From Candidatus Aenigmatarchaeota archaeon (GTDB lineage: Archaea > Aenigmatarchaeota > Aenigmatarchaeia > CG10238-14 > SpSt-28), in contig JAVYPJ010000001.1 of assembly GCA_038733315.1 (NCBI GenBank), positions 1-39,764 on the forward strand: a stretch of 39,764 nucleotides of DNA, in the 5' to 3' direction. Below, piece by piece: positions 34,753 to 39,764 of this stretch; position 1 is the stretch's first letter, and the number at the start of each line of letters is the position of its first letter. Position numbers and translations under genes: made by a program. Below the pieces are notes generated by a model. That model made no database searches. It worked only from the letters and a program-made list of their open reading frames with translations, and had not been told where the DNA came from.

Positions 34753-37195
34753 AGAATTATTAATAGAAGTTGCTACAAAAATAGCTGAATTAGAGAAAAA
34801 AATAAAAAGTAGTGGCTCTGAAGAAATTAAAAAAGTTGAAGAAAATTTGCAAAATCAAATTAATGAACTGGCAAAGGTTTTAAACGAAATTTCAAACGAG
34901 GTAAAAAAGAAGAGAAAAGAAAAAGATCAAACGCTAGAAATTTTAAAAACGGCGTTTGAAGAAAAACTTAAGTTGTTTGAGGAAAAACTAAAAAATTTAG
35001 ATAGGATAGATTCAATAGAATCTGAATTAAGAAAGCTTAGAGAAGAAAAAGAAAAAAAAGAGGATTTTTTTGGTGATTTAGTTAGTACATATGAAAAAGA
35101 GAAACAACTAAAAATTTCTGATAAAGTAGAGGAAATAGATTTAAGATTGAAAAACTTGGAAGAAAGTTTAAAATATATAAAGGATGAAATCATAAAAATT
35201 AAAGAAATTGAGACATTAAGAAAAAATGATATAGATATAGAGAAAAGAGTTTCTTACTTAGAGAATTTTTTAAAACCGGATAAAATTTTAAAATTTGAAC
35301 AAATAGACAATTTCTTTAATAAAGAATTACCAAAAAGATTAGATAAGGAATTTCAAATAAGAGCAGATTCTATATTAAAAAACGTAAAAAACTTAGAAAA
35401 TGAAATAAATAAGTTGAAAAATTCTTTTTTGAGTAAAAGTGGAGAAATAGGATTTTTATTAAAGGAAGTTAAAAAAATTTCTGATTTAGAAAACGAAATA
35501 AAGAAAATAAGCAATGAAATTCAAAGCTTCAAAAAAATATTAGAAGAGCTTAATAAAGATTTTTATAGCAACAAACAAGAAATTTCCATTATAAAAGTAA
35601 AGATTAATGAAATAGATAGAACTATCGATGAAAACTTAAAAATTCTTGAAAATTTTAAGGAAAATATAAATTTTGTGCAAAATCTTTTGCCATACTATGA
35701 GGAGGTTAAGAGAAATATTAATACTCTAAATAGCGATTTTGAAAAAATAGAATATAAAATTAAAATATTCGATGAAAAGTTGAATGATTTAGCGAGTTAT
35801 AAAGAGGTTGAGGAAATTAAGAAAGATATAGAGAGAATAAAAGGAGATTTTCTAATTCTAAATAAAGAGATTAAAAACTTGCAAAGCAATTTCGAGATTA
35901 ATAAAATAGAGTCTATTATAAACAGCTTTAACGGTATAGTTAGAAATATTTCTATAATTAATCAAAGAGTTAATAACTTAGAAAGTATATTAAATGAAGG
36001 AAAAGCGATTGAAGAAATGCAAAAAAATTATATAGAATTAAACAAAGAGATGGCTTTACAAAAAGCACAAATAAGAGAAATTAAAAAGTTACACGGAGAA
36101 TTAGTAGGACATATAGATAAAATAATATTTTCAGCTAATAAACTACAAAATAAACTAAATAACTTAGAGAATTTTATATTAGAGATAGAAAAAAGAGAGA
36201 ATGTTGAAAACAAGCTAATTGAAATTATTGAAACACTAAGTAAATTAAAACACTCTGTTGAAAATGAAAAGAAAAACTTGGCAATTTTGAATGAGGAAAT
36301 AAATAAAATAAAGAATAGGATGGATGAGATTGATAAGAATAAAGTTAAAATAGAGGAAATTATTGAAAAAACTAAAGACTTTACTCATAGCTTTTTAGAA
36401 ATAGAGAATAAGATAACAAATATTCTTAAAAATATTAAAGATTTAGAAAATACTGTAAAACAAAAAGTTGAAAGCTATGATAAAAAAGAGAGTTTAATAG
36501 CTGAGATTCAAAACAAGGTTAACAAAATTTTGGATGTTCAAAAGGAAGTGAATAATTTAAAGAGCATGTTAGAAAAAAGAGAGAATGTTGAAAACAAGCT
36601 AATTGAAATTATTGAAACACTAAGTAAATTAAAACACTCTGTTGAAAATGAAAAGAAAAACTTGGCAATTTTGAATGAGGAAATAAATAAAATAAAGAAT
36701 AGGATGGATGAGATTGATAAGAATAAAGTTAAAATAGAGGAAATTATTGAAAAAACTAAAGACTTTACTCATAGCTTTTTAGAAATAGAGAATAAGATAA
36801 CAAATATTCTTAAAAATATTAAAGATTTAGAAAATACTGTAAAACAAAAAGTTGAAAGCTATGATAAAAAAGAGAGTTTAATAGCTGAGATTCAAAACAA
36901 GGTTAACAAAATTTTGGATGTTCAAAAGGAAGTGAATAATTTAAAGAACATAATAGTAGAAAAAGATAGAATAAAACAAATAGAGAAAGAAATTGAAGAG
37001 ATTAAAAAATTTGAGGAAAGAATAAAGAACTCCATAAGAGAATTAGAAAGAAAAACTGAAAAGATTGAAGATTCGATAGAAAATAAGAGCTTAGAAATAA
37101 GGGATATTAAATTAATTATAAGGGATTTGGAGAACGATATAAAAAATGTAAAAAACAAGTATATTGAAATAATAAACTTTTTAAAGAATGAGTGA
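34730..37195 (+). CDS. Long coiled-coil protein (~821 aa) with exact internal tandem duplication
   Basis: The ORF track starts at TTG 34715; the in-frame ATG at 34730 (MPEKGAFEELL) is preferred. Continuous E/K/I/L/N-rich helical sequence with no TM segment and no Walker motifs. Confidence 0.88.
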   Translation: MPEKGAFEELLIEVATKIAELEKKIKSSGSEEIKKVEENLQNQINELAKVLNEISNEVKKKRKEKDQTLEILKTAFEEKLKLFEEKLKNLDRIDSIESELRKLREEKEKKEDFFGDLVSTYEKEKQLKISDKVEEIDLRLKNLEESLKYIKDEIIKIKEIETLRKNDIDIEKRVSYLENFLKPDKILKFEQIDNFFNKELPKRLDKEFQIRADSILKNVKNLENEINKLKNSFLSKSGEIGFLLKEVKKISDLENEIKKISNEIQSFKKILEELNKDFYSNKQEISIIKVKINEIDRTIDENLKILENFKENINFVQNLLPYYEEVKRNINTLNSDFEKIEYKIKIFDEKLNDLASYKEVEEIKKDIERIKGDFLILNKEIKNLQSNFEINKIESIINSFNGIVRNISIINQRVNNLESILNEGKAIEEMQKNYIELNKEMALQKAQIREIKKLHGELVGHIDKIIFSANKLQNKLNNLENFILEIEKRENVENKLIEIIETLSKLKHSVENEKKNLAILNEEINKIKNRMDEIDKNKVKIEEIIEKTKDFTHSFLEIENKITNILKNIKDLENTVKQKVESYDKKESLIAEIQNKVNKILDVQKEVNNLKSMLEKRENVENKLIEIIETLSKLKHSVENEKKNLAILNEEINKIKNRMDEIDKNKVKIEEIIEKTKDFTHSFLEIENKITNILKNIKDLENTVKQKVESYDKKESLIAEIQNKVNKILDVQKEVNNLKNIIVEKDRIKQIEKEIEEIKKFEERIKNSIRELERKTEKIEDSIENKSLEIRDIKLIIRDLENDIKNVKNKYIEIINFLKNE
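36186..36947 (+). repeat. Tandem duplication: two identical 378-bp copies, period 384 bp (128 aa)
   Basis: 36186..36563 equals 36570..36947, separated by gcatgt. The protein repeats EKRENVENKLIEII...VQKEVNNLK twice. Confidence 0.96.
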
Positions 37196-38054
37196 AATTC
37201 TGGAAATTATTAGAAAGAAAAGAGAAAAAGAATTAAATAAGATTAAGCATAAACTATATAAACTCGAAAAAAGAATAGACTCTTTGAAAAACGAAATAAA
37301 TAAAGAATTTGAACTCCTCTTTAACAAAATTTTAAATAAGATAAAGTTAGATATAGACAAACAACTAAGAAAAGAGTACTTAGAAAAAAGTTTTGAAAAG
37401 AGAATTAATAGTATTTTAATCGAGAAATTTGAAGAAATAAACAAAGATTTGAAAGATGGACTGCTAAGAATAAATAACCTAGAAAAAATTGTTGAAAGCT
37501 TAAAATCAGAAATAAATGAAATCAGAGAAAAAATAACTATTATAGAAAATAATGAAAGGAAGGTTAATAAAAAATTTGAGGAGTTAGAAAAGAGTAAGCT
37601 AGAGGTAAAAAATCTTCTTGAAAAATTCATTAATAAAAAAATTTCCGAGATAGAATTCGATGTGGAAACACTTATTAATGAAAAAGTTAGAGAGATTGAA
37701 AAATATAATAAAGAGGTTTTGGAAAAAGAATTTAGTAATACTGAAAAAGAAGTTGAAAAAATTGTAAATGAAAAATCTAACGAAATATATAAAAGGTTTT
37801 GGAAAGAAATTTCAGAGCTAAAAGAGCTTAGAAAAATTATTGAAAATTTAAAAATTGAAAAGGCCAAACTAAATGAAAAAATATCGAATGTAGAAGAAGA
37901 GGGAAGAATTCTAAATAATAAAATTAGAGCTATAGAGAGGGATTTAATAAAAGTTAAAGAAGATGTTGAAAACTATGTAAATTATTCTATAAAAGAGCTT
38001 GAGCGTCACATAAATAACGCTATAAAAAATATTCTAAGGAATTTTAAGGGTTAA
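37188..38054 (+). CDS. Coiled-coil protein (288 aa)
   Basis: E/K-rich helical ORF overlapping the upstream stop by 8 nt, with the same codon style as its neighbours. Confidence 0.85.
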   Translation: MSEILEIIRKKREKELNKIKHKLYKLEKRIDSLKNEINKEFELLFNKILNKIKLDIDKQLRKEYLEKSFEKRINSILIEKFEEINKDLKDGLLRINNLEKIVESLKSEINEIREKITIIENNERKVNKKFEELEKSKLEVKNLLEKFINKKISEIEFDVETLINEKVREIEKYNKEVLEKEFSNTEKEVEKIVNEKSNEIYKRFWKEISELKELRKIIENLKIEKAKLNEKISNVEEEGRILNNKIRAIERDLIKVKEDVENYVNYSIKELERHINNAIKNILRNFKG

Positions 38055-38057
38055 AAT

Positions 38058-38092
38058 ATTTTTAACCAATTTTTAACTAATTTTTTTATATA
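38058..38092 (+). promoter_or_regulatory. Possible T-rich terminator and/or archaeal TATA box with 11-bp direct repeat
   Basis: ATTTTTAACCA (38058..38068), ATTTTTAACTA (38069..38079), T7 run 38081..38087 and TTTATATA 38085..38092, in the largest intergenic gap. The AT-rich background weakens the call. Confidence 0.4.
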
Positions 38093-38176
38093 TAATATTA
38101 GTATGGTACAATTTTTAATAGAAAAATGCGTGTTTTTGAAAATAACAAAAAATAATACGGTTCTTCTCGATGGGCA

Positions 38177-38185
38177 GGGGGGGGG
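38177..38185 (+). repeat. G9 homopolymer tract
   Basis: gggcaGGGGGGGGGtagaATG. This is the only long G run noticed in a very AT-rich window, and it ends 4 nt before ATG 38190. Confidence 0.9.
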
Positions 38186-38189
38186 TAGA

Positions 38190-38801
38190 ATGAGGGAGTT
38201 ATTAAAATCCCAAATTTTTTGGTTTATATGGTTGAATTGTGCGTCTAAGGAAACTTCATTATTTGAAATTCAAAAAAGATGGAGGATAACCTCTAACTTT
38301 TTATATCATAAGCATAAGAGACTAAAAAAAACGTATGTAGAGCTAATGATAAATGAGGGATTTATTGAAAAAATAGATAAAAAATTAAGAGCAAAATTTG
38401 AATGGATAGAAGAATATATAAGAGAATATTATAAAGGTACAGTTTTAGAGAGGTACAGCTCATTAGTAGCTAAGTTCTGTATAAAATATAGAGAGATTCT
38501 TTTCGATTTTGATAATTTGAAAACTCTTTTTAAAAATGAAGAAAATTGGAAATTATTTGGAAGTGAGATATTTAGATATGTGTTTTTTGCCCTGGTATAT
38601 AAAGATGTAAAGAGTTTTTTAAAAGAGCATAGAGCTGAAGGAGTTATGATGCTAATAGATTTAATAATACATTTTTCTAATAAACTTAACCTACTCTCTT
38701 ATTCTCAAATTGTTTCTGAAAAAATAATAGAGCATATTGGTATAATATCTACCAAAAAAGATGTTGAAGATATCTACAATTTGATTAAACAAAACAAATA
38801 A
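38190..38801 (+). CDS. Hypothetical protein (203 aa from ATG38190; 232 aa from ATG38103), possible N-terminal winged-helix domain
   Basis: The ORF track gives 38103..38801. ATG38190 is preferred because it follows a G-rich SD-like tract and a TATA-like box would place transcription start past 38103. IFWFIWLNC..TSLFEIQKRWRITSNFLY..LMINEGFIEK resembles a wHTH pattern (weak). Confidence 0.7.
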   Translation: MRELLKSQIFWFIWLNCASKETSLFEIQKRWRITSNFLYHKHKRLKKTYVELMINEGFIEKIDKKLRAKFEWIEEYIREYYKGTVLERYSSLVAKFCIKYREILFDFDNLKTLFKNEENWKLFGSEIFRYVFFALVYKDVKSFLKEHRAEGVMMLIDLIIHFSNKLNLLSYSQIVSEKIIEHIGIISTKKDVEDIYNLIKQNK

Positions 38802-38806
38802 TTATT

Positions 38807-39764
38807 ATGCAAGAAGACTTCGCTTCAAAATTCGAAACTTTAAAAACTAAAGTTGATGTACTTACAAAACTAATAACTAAAATTAGAGAGGATGTTGAAA
38901 AGGATTTTAACACCTTAAAAGAAGAAGCTAAAAAAGAGTTAAGCTTATCTATAGAAAATAAAATTAAAGAGATTGATAAGGAAGTTGAGGAGATTATTAA
39001 AAAGTTTGATAGTATATACAGAAGTGATATAGAAAATGTTAAATCTAAAATTCAAGAGATAGAGGCATATTCTAAAATTTCGATTAACACAAAATTAGAT
39101 AAAATCGAGTTTCAACTAAGAAAAATTGAAGATATTTATAATAATTTAGAAAATGAAATAAAGAAAATTAAAAGTCTTGCGAATGCGCTTGAAGAGGAAA
39201 AAAATAAGTTTGAAAACAAAATTAATGATGTTAATTCTTTAAAAATTCAAATGTCTAATTTAATAGAAAAAATTCCTTCGTTAGAAAATTTAATTTCAAA
39301 AATATCTATATTAACTTCAGAGCTAAAAACGCTAGAGAGTGAAGTTAAAATATTAAAAGACCTTCAAAATTTAGAAACCTCAAAAAATAAGGAAGAGATA
39401 GTTAAAATTCTTGTAGAAATGGAAAAAATAAGAGAAGCTATTAAAAATCTAAAAGAGGAAAATGCATCATTAAAGTTGTTTTCAGATCAGATTAGTAACG
39501 TTGTTAATAATAATGTGGAAAAAATTGAAAAGATTAAATCGGAAGTAAGTGAAGGTTTCGAAGCTGTTAAGAATTTGTTTTTTACACAGCTTAAAAATTT
39601 ACAAGATAAAAACAATTCAGCCATAAATGATTTAGCTAAAAGGTTTGATGAGAAGATAGAAGAAATAGATAAATTAGTTAGGGAAAAAGAAAATAAAATA
39701 AGAGAATTTACTGAGAATGTAAATACCAGTATAAAAAATTTAAAGGTTGAGATTAAGAATGAGG
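38807..39764 (+). CDS. Coiled-coil protein, 3'-partial (>=319 aa), absent from ORF track
   Basis: Manual translation from ATG38807 (MQEDFASKFETLKTKVDVLTKLITKIREDVEKDF...) has no stop to the window end. Starts 5 nt after the upstream stop. Confidence 0.9.
   Translation, partial: MQEDFASKFETLKTKVDVLTKLITKIREDVEKDFNTLKEEAKKELSLSIENKIKEIDKEVEEIIKKFDSIYRSDIENVKSKIQEIEAYSKISINTKLDKIEFQLRKIEDIYNNLENEIKKIKSLANALEEEKNKFENKINDVNSLKIQMSNLIEKIPSLENLISKISILTSELKTLESEVKILKDLQNLETSKNKEEIVKILVEMEKIREAIKNLKEENASLKLFSDQISNVVNNNVEKIEKIKSEVSEGFEAVKNLFFTQLKNLQDKNNSAINDLAKRFDEKIEEIDKLVREKENKIREFTENVNTSIKNLKVEIKNE

Noticed and set aside
809..37867. Minus-strand ORFs in the track (61-228 aa, e.g. 13019..13384, 27007..27390, 37181..37867) and the short + ORF 1105..1287
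   Set aside because: They lie on top of long + strand genes. Many have the F/S/L/I-rich composition expected from the reverse complement of E/K/N-rich codons, and none shows a recognisable motif.
34730..39764. SMC/Rad50 or methyl-accepting chemotaxis proteins
   Set aside because: No Walker A/B, signature motif, zinc hook or MCP hairpin motif is visible. Any such database hit would likely reflect generic coiled-coil composition.

Overview
This very AT-rich window is a single tightly packed + strand gene cluster. It most likely comes from a small archaeon, probably DPANN-type; this is inferred from dense N-x-S/T sequons, a CGNGxC..CPxDC motif, an archaeal-style MinD and the lack of Shine-Dalgarno motifs. 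About two thirds of the window is one giant gene, open from the window edge (nt 3) to 26732, so >8,909 aa and 5'-truncated. It encodes a Cys- and sequon-rich beta-sandwich ectodomain built from ~320-aa 'GGWGE' repeats arranged in a three-unit super-repeat. A single hydrophobic segment follows, then an intact C-terminal FtsK/HerA/VirB4-superfamily ATPase. Downstream lie a coiled-coil protein with three SHOCT-like motifs, a 1,905-aa type I membrane surface protein whose stalk is homologous to part of the giant protein, a MinD-like ATPase, a small membrane protein, three more long coiled-coil proteins (the last runs off the window) and a possible winged-helix protein behind a G9 tract. Three of the genes carry recent, in-frame, essentially exact internal duplications. 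The best overall reading, which is an inference, is an envelope-spanning contact or attachment machine that couples a giant adhesin-like stalk to a translocase ATPase, with a MinD-positioned coiled-coil scaffold. No RNA genes, CRISPR arrays or mobile elements were seen. All domain names come from motif recognition by eye, not from database searches.
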